Source: Neocallimastix sp. 'constans'
Lineage: Eukaryota
Reading direction: 5' to 3'
Assembly (NCBI GenBank): GCA_050613775.1
Contig: JBODTK010000012.1
Coordinates: 372,001-436,000, forward strand
DNA: 64,000 nucleotides
The number at the start of each line of letters is the position of its first letter. Position 1 is the stretch's first letter. A program made the position numbers and the translations under genes. The notes beneath the pieces were generated by a model. The model made no database searches. It saw only the letters and a program-made list of their open reading frames with translations, and was not told the origin of the DNA. Below are positions 26,472 through 37,989 of this stretch, in pieces.

Positions 26472-27992
26472 ATGAATTCTTTTCAATTTTTAGTGGCCGT
26501 GACCGCTTCGTTAGGTGGTCTTCTTTTCGGTTATGAATGTGGTGTCATGAATGTTGTCCTTGTAATGGATGCTTTCCGTATTTTCTTCAAGTTCCATAGT
26601 TGGAATGGTGATGCCCTTGATGAAAATGGTAACGAAATTACTAATGATTCTCAAGAAAAATGGTATCGTAATTTAAAAGAAGCTGATAATAAAGCTACCC
26701 TTGAAGGTGTTATCACTTCAAGTTTCGTTCTCGGTGCTCTTTGTGGTGCTCTCATGGCTACTTATCTTGGTGAAAGATTCGGTCGTCAAAGAACCATCAT
26801 GATCGGTGCTTGTATTTTCACTTGTGGTGCTATCATTCAAGGTTTATCTGTTCGTTCTTGGATTATGATTGCTATTGGTCGTCTTATCACTGGTCTTTCT
26901 ATTGGATGTAATGGTGTCCTTTGTCCAACATACATTTCTGAAGTTGCTCCAGCTAAGATCAGAGGTACTCTTTCATCTTGCTACCAACTTATGACTACTT
27001 TCGGTATTATTGTTGCTGCCATCATTAATTCTATCGTTTGGTATTATACTAATATTAAACCAGAAGGATTAGGAAAGAAAAGATCAGATAAATGGGCAGA
27101 AGTTCCTAATTTCGAATGGAGATTTGCACTTTTATTCCAAGTAGTTCCAGGTCTTGGTCTTGCTATTCTTATGAGTTTCCTTCCAAAATCTCCAAGATGG
27201 TTATGTTCTAAAGATCGTGATGAAGAAGCTGCTGAAGTTTTAGCTAAACTTAATGCTACCACTACTTCTGATTCTCTTGTTCAAGAAGAACTTAAAGCTA
27301 TTCAAGAAGATGTTGCCGCTACTCGTGCTGCCGGTTCTTCTTCTGTTGGTGAACTTTTCAGTCCTATTATTCGTCGTCGTACTTTCATTACTTTCTTAAT
27401 GCAACTTTTCCAACAATGGACTGGTATTAATGTCATTATGTATTATCAATCTCAAATTTATGGTGAAATTGGTTTTACTAAATTCATGTCCACTGTTGTT
27501 CTTCCAATTATTAACAACTTTGTCAATTTCATTTCAACCTTCCCAGGTATGTGGGGTATTGAAAAATTAGGACGTAAAACTTTATTAGTTATTGGATCAC
27601 TTATGATGATGGTATTCCATATTTCTACTTGGGCTTTCTCTACTCAAACCTACAAAGGAAAGTTATGGCAATATTTAGCAGTTGCTAGTATTTTCCTTAT
27701 GGTCTTCTCTTTCGCTTGGACTTGGGGACCAGTTCCATGGGTTTATCAAGCTGAAGTTTTCCCACTTCGTGTCAGAGTTAAGGGTAGTGCAGTTGGTACA
27801 GTTTCTAACTTTCTTAACAATTGGATTATTGCATTTGTTGGACCAGCTCTTATGAAAGCATGGAGTACTAAGACTTTCCTTCTTTTTGCAGCTGCTTGTC
27901 TTCTTGCCTGGATTTACTCTCAGTTCTATGTAATTGAATGTAAAGGACTCAATCTTGAAGAAATGGATGCCAAGATGGCCGGAAAAGCTTAA
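26472..27992 (+). CDS. MFS sugar porter, copy D
   Basis: 506 aa; same motifs, near-identical to the other copies. Confidence 0.95.
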   Translation: MNSFQFLVAVTASLGGLLFGYECGVMNVVLVMDAFRIFFKFHSWNGDALDENGNEITNDSQEKWYRNLKEADNKATLEGVITSSFVLGALCGALMATYLGERFGRQRTIMIGACIFTCGAIIQGLSVRSWIMIAIGRLITGLSIGCNGVLCPTYISEVAPAKIRGTLSSCYQLMTTFGIIVAAIINSIVWYYTNIKPEGLGKKRSDKWAEVPNFEWRFALLFQVVPGLGLAILMSFLPKSPRWLCSKDRDEEAAEVLAKLNATTTSDSLVQEELKAIQEDVAATRAAGSSSVGELFSPIIRRRTFITFLMQLFQQWTGINVIMYYQSQIYGEIGFTKFMSTVVLPIINNFVNFISTFPGMWGIEKLGRKTLLVIGSLMMMVFHISTWAFSTQTYKGKLWQYLAVASIFLMVFSFAWTWGPVPWVYQAEVFPLRVRVKGSAVGTVSNFLNNWIIAFVGPALMKAWSTKTFLLFAAACLLAWIYSQFYVIECKGLNLEEMDAKMAGKA

Positions 27993-29746
27993 ATTTAATG
28001 AAAAGAATTCATAAATTTCAATGAAATTTTTAATAAATAAATTTCATTAAAATAATTAATAAAAAAAAAAATTAATTAAAAAATTAAAAAATAAAATAAA
28101 TATAAAATTAAATATAAAATAAAAAATAAAAATATAGAAAATAAAAAAATATTAAATATATATATATTATAAAACAAAACTAAAGAAATATTCAAAAGTA
28201 AAAATAGACTAAAAATTGAAAACTGTTCATTTTTTTTTTAAAAAAAAAAAAAAAAAATATGATAATAACCAATATATAATATTTTATAAAATTTTATGTA
28301 GTGGTTATATCAAAAAAATAGAAAATAAAACTTAACTTAAATTAATAAATAATAAGCAAATCAAAAAAACTAAATATATATATTATATTTTTATAATTTT
28401 TTATTTTTTTTAAATGCGTATTTTTTGTCTTTTTCTTTATTATTTTTTATTATTAAAGTTATAATTATTTTTTCATTTTTTTTTATGAAAATTTTTTCTT
28501 AAATTTTTTTTTTTTTTTTTTTTTTTAATATCATTTCATAAATAAAAAATAATTTTTAATGCTATTAAAATTTATTTAATATAAAATTAAAATTTTCAAA
28601 TACCCTCATTAAATATTTTTTTTTTATGAAATATTTTTAACTAAATTTATTATAATTGGTAAATGTTTGATCATAATAAATTTTTATTAATATTTATATC
28701 TATAAAACTATACAGAAGCTAAAATCTTTAGTATTAGAGAAGGGATTAGCATACAGAAGACTAAAAGCGATAGGAACAATAGGCTCAGATTAATAATACC
28801 TTGTTCTATCATAATTTATACTGTTAAATGTACGAATACTTGAAGTAATCTACCAACTTATTCTTTTATCAATTAAATGTTTTGTAATCATAGAAATAAC
28901 CTTCAAATAATCCATATTATTTTTATTATAATTAACTCTTAGGAAGAAGTAGTTTTCCAAATTAATTAGTATTTTTTAACATTTCTATAATAAATTCGTT
29001 ACAATTTGAAGAAATAATTATTACATAAAAAAAAAAAAAAACATGATAAATAAAACATTATATTACAATACATGAATGAATTTTATAAATGAAGAAATAG
29101 TTAATACATAAAAAAAAAAAAAGAAAGGAAGAACAATGATAATCATTTCTTAAACAAAAAAAAAAAAAAATTTTTTTTTTTTTTATTTCTTTTAAAATTA
29201 ATTTTTTAAATAATAAACAATTAAAAGACATTCATTATGAAATGTTTAGATTTTTTTTTTTTTTTTTTACCATCACCCTCATCACTATTAGAATTATGAT
29301 AGTCTTCCTTCAATTTAGAAGGTGATACGACCCTGACGATTTCTTCACTATATTCTAAAATAATTTATATATAAATGTAGAAGCAGATATTAACACTTTT
29401 TGTTATTTTATTTTTTTTATTTTTCATCTTTTTATTTTATTTTTTTTTATCATTATTAATTATTATTTTTTTATTACATTTTTTTTTTTTTTAATTACAT
29501 TTTTTTCATATTTAAAAAAAAAATATAAAATAAATAAAAAAAAGAAAAAAAAAGAAATAATAAAATAATAAGAATATTAATAAAGAAAAATAGAAAAAAA
29601 GAGTAAAAAAAAAAAAAAAAAAAAAAAAAATATTTAAATAAATAAAAAATATATATATAAATATTGAAAAAAAAAAAAAATTTTTTTTTCTTAATAAATA
29701 AAAAAGATAAAAAACTAAAAACTATAATATAAATATATATAATAAT

Positions 29747-29783
<37 letters not shown>

Positions 29784-30206
29784 ATTAAAGTAAATTATAT
29801 ATATGATTTATATATAAAATAAAATAATAATAATAAAAAAAAAAGACATTGTCTGTTATTATTGTTTAATTATTTATTTATTATTTATTATTTATTATTG
29901 TTGTTATTTTAATTTTTATTTTATGTTATTTTTATTTTAATTTTTTATTATTATCATCATTATCATAATTATTTTTATTTTTAAAATTTTTTAACTTCAA
30001 AATAAAAATGAAATAAAAATAAAAATAAAAAATAAAAATTACTTAAAAAATTAAAAAAAAATTTTTTTTTTTTTATTTCTTTTAATAACAACAATAATAT
30101 ATATAAATATTTAAATAAATAATTTAATAAATAAATTTATAAATAGTAATAGTATTCTATGTTATTTTTATTTTTTTTTTTGCCTATATAAAACAACCTT
30201 TTTCAT

Positions 30207-32845
30207 TCATTGAGCTTTCTGTTCGTTTCCTATATTAAATTTATTCAATAGTTTGGAAAAAGATGAGAAACGTTTTATAAAGGCAGTATTGCCACTGACC
30301 ATTTTAAGTGGTACATTTGTTGAAGATGAGGTAGAAGAAGAACAGGTTTTTCGGAAAGGTGATTGACTACTACCAGGTTGGAAATCCTTTAGGCTACTTA
30401 AGTAGGAAGTTATTAATTTTTGATCTTTTACCTTCGTCGACGTTTTGGAGGATGTTAAATTAATTTTTTGATTTTTGGAGATAAGTTTTGATTTTTTTGA
30501 AATACCAAGTCCTAAATTAATTTTTGTAGTATTGGTATCACTAGTGAAATTACTTGAAGATGATTTATTTTGAGGTGAAATTGGAGTAGATGATGGCATG
30601 TAGGAGGAGGTGGATGTGTTAGAAGTACCATTTTCATACGGAGAAAAAGTACAACGACTTCTACTTTCATAATTACGACCTAAAGGAGATTTGAACTTAT
30701 AAAGTGAATCTTTATCCTTTGTATTATGCTTTTTGGTATCTTCACTTTCTAAAATAGAATACTTGAATGCATTACCTTCTATTGTCATTCCATTCTGATT
30801 TTGATTTTGACATTTTTTTATTTGTTCATTATTACTATCAAGAATACTAAAGGATCGAATTATATTGGGACAATGATTTTCATTATTAAAGTAATTTGGT
30901 GATGGTGACACAAACATTTTGCATGGATCTTCAACTTTATTATTGTAAGTTTTTGTTTGAGAATGTTTATTTAAAAGGGAAGAAACAAAGGGTGATACCG
31001 CTGTTATTGCCTTATCCAATACTTTAATAGGAGAAAACAATGGTAAACCATTTTTTTTAGTTTCAGAAGTAATATTTTTTATGTTTTTGACATTTTTGTT
31101 CTGTCTTGAAAATGGATGATATCTATTACCAGCATAATGATTAGAATGATTAGCCGTTAAACGACCAGTAACAGAATAATTTTCCAATGCAATTTTCAAA
31201 TCAGGATTATGTTGAAATAATGAGGATAATGTATTGGTTTTTAGATGAAAATTAGGTGAAAAAGGCATTTTTTGATTATTTTTTAAATCAAAATCGGAGA
31301 TAATGTTAATATTAGTATTGGGATTTGTATTCGTATGAGATCCATGACAATTGCAGAACTTATAATTATGAGAAAGATGTGATAAAGAAGAGGAATTCGT
31401 ATTTAATCTAGAAGAAATTATGTTATTCATTCCTGATGAAGGACTACAATTCTCTTCCTTTTTATCTCCATCATCTATATTAATTTTAATGTTGTTTTTA
31501 CTTATTTCTGATGAATAAATACTTTGTGAGATAGCTGATGATGAAGGAGGTGTAAGTATCCCGGAATATGAATAATCTTGATCCTCATCTTCTATATAAG
31601 AACTCTCTTTTCTATTATTATCTTCTATTATTAGTTCATCCTCTTTCATAATTTTATTATTATAAGAAGAATTGATCTGATTATTGTGTTTTGATTGATT
31701 ATTGGTATCTAAATTTTCTTTTATCTTTTGAATTTCATTATTATGAATATAATTTGGTTGTGGTGATGATGATATTGTGTTTGATGGGGTTTCAATGTGA
31801 TTAAATAAAACAGAAAAATTAGGTTCTAATGAAGGATCGTAACTTATTAGTTGATTACCCTTTAATATATGATTATCTAATAATGAAAAAAGATGTTTAA
31901 TATTTTCTATTGGATTTTCATTTTTAATAGGTTGTAACGTAGATGAAGTACTATTATTATTATTGTTATCATTATGTTTGTTATTATTGCTATCGATAAT
32001 GTTATTTTCATTTTCTAATTCCTTTCCATTCAAATGATTATATTTCAATTTTAATTCATGTATACCATTATCAATTTGTTTCAAATAATCTTCCCATTCT
32101 AAATAAGAAACATTGATGTTATAATCTAAAGAACGAAGAAATAAAGATTCTAATGCATTTAATTCTCCAGTTCTAAATAACCCCATACAAACTTTTGATA
32201 TCCATCTAGAATTCCTTATATATATTGTATCTTCTAAATAATATTTTGAAGCTACAATAATAGCAACAGCGATCAATCGATTTGGTGAAAATTTTGATAA
32301 TATAACTGGCGCATTTGGAATCCTTTGAAATCGATTTATATAAATAAATGAAACAATTGGTATGAAGAAAGGTAGATCATACCTATGAATTAAAATTTCA
32401 ATAAAGCTTTGAAGTGAAATATGGGAATTAACTGAGGTGGATTTTGATGTTGTATCCTGAATAAATTTCGCATAAAATTCTATTCATATTATAAAATATA
32501 AAAAAAAATAATAATAATAATAATAAAAATAAAAAAATAAAAATATATTAATATAAATTTTATTAAAAATATCTCTAATTTTAATTAAACAAAATAATTT
32601 TTAAAAATAAAATAAAGTAAAAAAAAAAAAAAAGTATTACACTAATCTACATAATTTTATTATATATATAAATTATACTTACCAAAAAATAAATTTCTTA
32701 AATCTTTTGGAATATCCGAGCAACATAAATTTTCATAAGTAATTTGCTTATCTTTTTTTTGCCATAAATTCTGAATTAGATTATATTTATCATCTTGAAT
32801 TTCTGAATTATTATTTAATTGATTAAAAAATGAAAATAAACCCAT
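30207..32845 (-). CDS. Cyclin-fold protein of the Pho80/Pcl type with a long N/S-rich tail (~811 aa); exons 32845-32683 and 32479-30207
   Basis: The GTAAGT..AG intron joins in frame. Cyclin box-like sequence: SLQSFIEILIHRYDLPFFIPIVSFIYINRF...NRLIAVAIIVASKYYLED.....WISK...ELNALESLFLRSLDYNINVS. Confidence 0.8.
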
Positions 32846-33239
32846 TCTAACTTTTTGGCTGTATATACTGATATGGAATAATGATTTAATTTATAAGTCG
32901 ATAATTGATAATAAACAATATTCTAATTACTTAATATATATATTATTAATAAAAAAAATATATAATGATGAATATTTTAAAAATTTATTTTTTGAAAAAT
33001 AATTCTATTATTGAATATATTTATTGTTATTATTTCTATTATATACAACTCAATTTTAAAAACATAGATGTTTTCCTTTTTATATGTTTACTTATAATTT
33101 ATAAATAAAAATGATATATTTTTTGTAATTATTTGTAAAATATAAATATATATATATATATACAAAATGATAAATACTGTTTAACGATTTAGATTTAGTA
33201 AAATGTTGATAAGAATGTTAATCGATAAGTAATTTGTTT

Positions 33240-33271
<32 letters not shown>

Positions 33272-34404
33272 GATTTAATTATGTTTTATTATTATTATGG
33301 ACCAAAATAAATATAATAGTGAATATTATATAATAAAAAAAGAAAAAAAAAAAAAAAAAAAAGGAAATAAAGTATAATAATAAATAATAATGAAATTTAT
33401 TTACACTATAGGTATATTTTATAAAGGTATTATATTAATAGTTTACAATAAATTATTGTAATAATATAATTTTTTTTTTTTTAAAAAAAATAATAAATAA
33501 ATAAATTTTCAAAATTTTATAATAAAATATAAAATAGATTAAAAATTGGTATATAAATTAAATAATAAAATTTGATTGAAATGGTATATTTAAAATTCAA
33601 ATCTTAAAATAAATAATATTATATTTTTTTTTATAATGTATAAAAATAAATAAATAAATAAATAAAAATTATTTGTATATATATATTTAAATAACAATTT
33701 AGAAAAAATTATATATATATGTATATATTTTATAAAAAAGAATTATGAATCTAATCAATTCAATCTCCTTTTTTTTTTTCTAAAAAAAAAAAAAATACTT
33801 TTAAATATATATCTACGTATTTTGTTTTTTTTAAAAAAAATAATATATTCACCAAGATTATATTTATTTCTTTTATTTTATTTTATTTTATTTTATTTTT
33901 TTTTTTTTTTTTTTTATCTTTTCTTTGTTTTATTCTATTCTATATATAGTTCAACCTTATAATAAAATAAAATTATAAAAAGACAATCCTTCAAAAGAAA
34001 AAAAAAAAAACAAAATTGTGTTGAAACTTTTTAGAAAAAACTTCTGTCTTTTATATAAAAAAAATTTTTTTTTTCATATATTAAGCAATATATTAGACAT
34101 ATATAATATATAATTTTAGAAATTACAAATGATAATAATAATAATAATAATAAAATAATTATTAGTAAATATCTGTTAATATATTATGAAATTAATAAGC
34201 ATTAATAAAAAGAGTAATACAAATATAATAATTATTATTTAATTATTCCATTTCCAACAATAATAAATTTTTAATAATAAAAAATATTATAATCATTAAT
34301 AACTTGTTTAACTATTAAATAATAATTAATAATTATTAAATGATCATGTATTAAATTCTTAAATAAGGATTAAATATTATGATTAATAAAATATTTAAAA
34401 AAAC

Positions 34405-34417
34405 AAAAAAAAAAAAA
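34405..34417 (-). terminator. Oligo-dT RNA polymerase III terminator (T13)
   Basis: A13 on the + strand directly abuts the 3' strand of the terminal helix of the ncRNA. Confidence 0.6.
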
Positions 34418-34784
34418 CATAGACTTGCACATATGGGTACCCATCTCCCATATGGCCATACAGTTATTAATTAACTGTAAGGTGATGAGTTATTGGCATA
34501 CTGTATCAGCTTCGCCGCTCTCAATCGTCGTTACACACTGCCCGGAGATGCATTCCTAACGTTCCTACATATATCTCTAATGACCACGAGCATCAGAACG
34601 GAACCATTAACTCCTCCCTAGTGGGTGTAATCATTGGCGATTGGAAATTTTACAATCATCAAGGTCTATGCTTCAATTCAAAGCGTAGTATCAGGGTTGG
34701 GTGAAATAATCATCTGAGGGAAAGCCTTATGGACATCACGTGTGGTCTCATGATATCCCAGGATAGAAACCTCATCCGATTATT
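34418..34784 (-). ncRNA. Unassigned ~365-nt structured ncRNA co-transcribed downstream of the tRNA-like leader
   Basis: GC-rich island in otherwise very AT-rich DNA, with no plausible ORF, many nested helices and no internal T-run of 4 or more before the terminator. It ends exactly at a T13 run. Confidence 0.65.
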
Positions 34785-34859
34785 TGGTGCCATGCCGAGG
34801 ATTCGAACCCCGCCCTCTACAGTGACCTGTATCGTCCTAACCGACTGGACCAACATGGC
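34785..34859 (-). tRNA. tRNA-like element (aberrant anticodon arm, encoded 3' CCA); probably a Pol III promoter/leader rather than a translating tRNA
   Basis: The minus strand reads GCCATGT TG GTCC AGTCGGTTA GGAC GA TACAG GTCA CTGTA GAGGG CGGGG TTCGAAT CCTCG GCATGGC A CCA. It has a 7-bp acceptor stem, a 4-bp D stem, a T arm with TTCGA, and A and B boxes. The anticodon stem closes only a 4-nt loop. Confidence 0.85.
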
Positions 34860-35730
34860 TAAAATATTTAAAATAAAAGCTTATTTTTTTTTTATTTCTA
34901 TCATTTTTTATTATCATATCTGAATTAATTAAATTACATATATAATGGATTTATTAACAATAATATATTGTATTAATATATTTATTTATTACAATATATA
35001 ATATAATTTGTGTTATATAAAAATGTTTATAGTTTTTTATTTATTATTTTTTTTAAAAGTTGGTAAAAATGTATAATATATAATTTTATTTAATATACAT
35101 ATAATGCAATACATTTAAATATATAGTAAATAGTATCCATCTTTACATATATTTATTTATATTCAATAATACTATATAATATATTATAACATATTATAAT
35201 ATATATGTGTATATATTGTATTATATATTAGAATATAATATTATCCTTAGAATTATCTTTTCAAAGTCGAAAGAATAATTTATTTGTTTTTAAAACTACA
35301 TATATTATAATGTATTATTAATATACTATAATTATATGTCCAATAGAATAAGCCTATATATAAAAAAAATTTGAAAAGTTTCAATCATAAATTAAAATTT
35401 TAATAAATAAATGTTATAATATAAATATATTATAAATATATAATTCTATTAAATTCCAATAATAAAGAAAAAAGTATATTTTTTTTTTAAATAAGAAGAA
35501 AAAAGAGAGGAGAAGAAACATTTAGAAAATAAAATTTTTTAAAATTTAGGCAAAGCAACCATAAAATAATATAGGATAAGCCATAAAACTAGCCAAACCA
35601 ATGAAATAAAATTTTCTGATAGGTTCTAAATGCATAATAACAAATATTTAATATATTAACTAAGATTGAATATATATATATAAAATAAAAATAAAATTAA
35701 ATTTAAAATAAACTTAAATAAGAGACTTTG

Positions 35731-35921
35731 GTTAATTGGTACAATATCTATAGCTATTATTTTTTTCTGATAATAATATAAAGAAAGATAAAGAAAATTT
35801 TATAAAATAAAAAAAGGTTTCATATAGTTAATTGGTACAATATCTATGGCTATTGTTTTTTTCTGATAATAATATAAAGAATGACAAAGAAAATTTTATA
35901 AAAAAAAAAAAGTTTCATATA
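35731..35921. repeat. Two-copy tandem duplication, ~96-bp period
   Basis: GTTAATTGGTACAATATCTAT(A/G)GCTATT...CTGATAATAATATAAAGAA occurs at 35731 and 35827. Confidence 0.85.
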
Positions 35922-36670
35922 ATAATTCTTATTGTAACATATATGCTAATCATAAAAAAATTAAAAATAAAAATAAAAAAATATTTAAATATTATTAAAT
36001 AAATGTACTATGAATATCACTAATTATAATATAATAGTTTATTTAGTCCATTCAATAAATTTCTTACATAAAATAATTAAATCTATATAATAAATGACAT
36101 CATTACTAACTCCACTAACAATAAATATTTCAAAAAAAAAAAATTTTTTTTATACACTTACAATTATTAGTACACAAATACGAATACATAAATCTATATT
36201 TTCTATATTAATTTATTAAATAAGAAAATCCTCAAACTCTTATTTTAATAATTACAGTGATGACAACTAAAATTCATATTCATCATCACATACATATAAA
36301 TACATATTAATTATTAATTAAATTTTAATATCTATGGTATATTAATTATATATCCAATTTTAATATATAAATTATTTTAAATTAATTATCATTATCATTA
36401 ATTATTATTACAAATAACTGTTAATATTTTATTTTAGTAACATTAATATTATTGTTGTTGATATTATAATATTAGCTGTATTTATCAAAGCAATTATTAT
36501 AAATATAACTTTAAATGAGATTATAATAATAAATTTTATATTTCATTTTCCTTTTCTCTTGTTCCAATATTTTATATATATAATATTTTATGTTATCGTA
36601 ATTTAGAACCTAATATTTAAAAAATTTTAAATTCAAAATAAAAATTGTTTTACATTTTTTACTTAAAAGC

Positions 36671-36719
<49 letters not shown>

Positions 36720-37133
36720 TAATATATATATAATTAAAAAAAAAATAGAATGAAAAGGTCTTTTGACTATTTTTTTTATATAAAGTATTTTATAAATTAT
36801 AAAACTGATAAATATATTTTAATAAATATATAATTAATAATTTCTTTTAATAAATTAAGTTTTTTCTATATTAATTTTTAAATATGACTTTATTCTTTAT
36901 TTTTAATTTCAATAATGATGAAAATGATGATAATAAAATAAAACTAAATAAAAAATAAAATAAAATAAAATAAAATATAATAAAATAAAGTAATAATATA
37001 ATTTCATTGACAATAAATTTAAATCTTAATGTAATTATAATGATAAAAGACATTAAGAAGTGTTATTTTTTTTTTTTATTTTTTTTTATATTTTATACCA
37101 TTTATACTTTATTTTTATTTTTATTTTTATTTT

Positions 37134-37170
<37 letters not shown>

Positions 37171-37958
37171 TTTTTTTCTATTTGAAATTGAAGTATTTTT
37201 ATTATTTAGATAGTAATGAATGAATAATAGATAAAATTAATAATATTATTATTAATAGAATTTTCATTAGTATTTTCTTATCTGTCACATTTTCAAATTT
37301 TAAAATGAAATTAAAACCAAACAATATATATTGTAAAAACCACCTATTAAATAAATAAATTATATTATTGATGATCTATTAAAATAGATTGTTAAAGGTT
37401 ATTAAAATAGATTGTTAAAAGTTATTAAAATAGGAAAAAAAAAAAAAAAAAACATTTAAATTATATTTATTTAATATAATTTTTAATCTATTTCTTATTA
37501 ATAAAAATATTATTATTTATAATTTTGATACACTAAAAATTATTAATAGTTATTAATTAATAATAATTATTAATTAATAATAATTATTAATTAGTATTTA
37601 TTATTTATTTATTATTTATTTATTATTATCCATTATTATTATTAATTATTAATTATTTATTATTTACTATTTATTTATTTATTTATTATTATTAATACAA
37701 AAAAAAAAAAAAAAAAAAAAAAATTATTATATAATGTTATATATATATTTTTAAATAATATTAATTATAATCCACTATTATTGTCATTAATAATTACTAA
37801 TAATTATTATTATTAGTATTATTTTTTATTTTTTATTTCTTATTATTTATATATTAATTCATTCATTTTTTAATTTATATATTATTTATTTTTTATATTA
37901 GTTATTATTTACTATTCATTATTTATTTATTATAATTAATTATTAATTAGTTTATTCG

Positions 37959-37989
<31 letters not shown>

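Noticed and set aside
28734..28760. AGAGAAGGGATTAGCAT resembling the U6 ACAGAGAAGAUUAGCAU core
   Set aside because: The invariant ACAGAG is broken, and the U6 internal stem-loop and 3' sequences are absent.
34820..34830. Reading the tRNA-like element as functional tRNA-Asp(GTC) or tRNA-Sec(TCA)
   Set aside because: The loop is 4 nt (6 at most) with no U33, and there is no long variable arm or extended acceptor stem as tRNA-Sec requires.
34729..34923. 64-aa + strand ORF (MDITCGLM...)
   Set aside because: It is the antisense read-through of the tRNA-like element (PRIRTP corresponds to the reverse-complemented T arm) and has no protein features.
36871..37213. F/I/L/Y-rich short ORFs (also 4995-5189, 9744-9926, 11179-11361, 48271-48654, 58814-59026, 60463-60645)
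   Set aside because: Translations of AT-rich low-complexity, intronic or microsatellite DNA.
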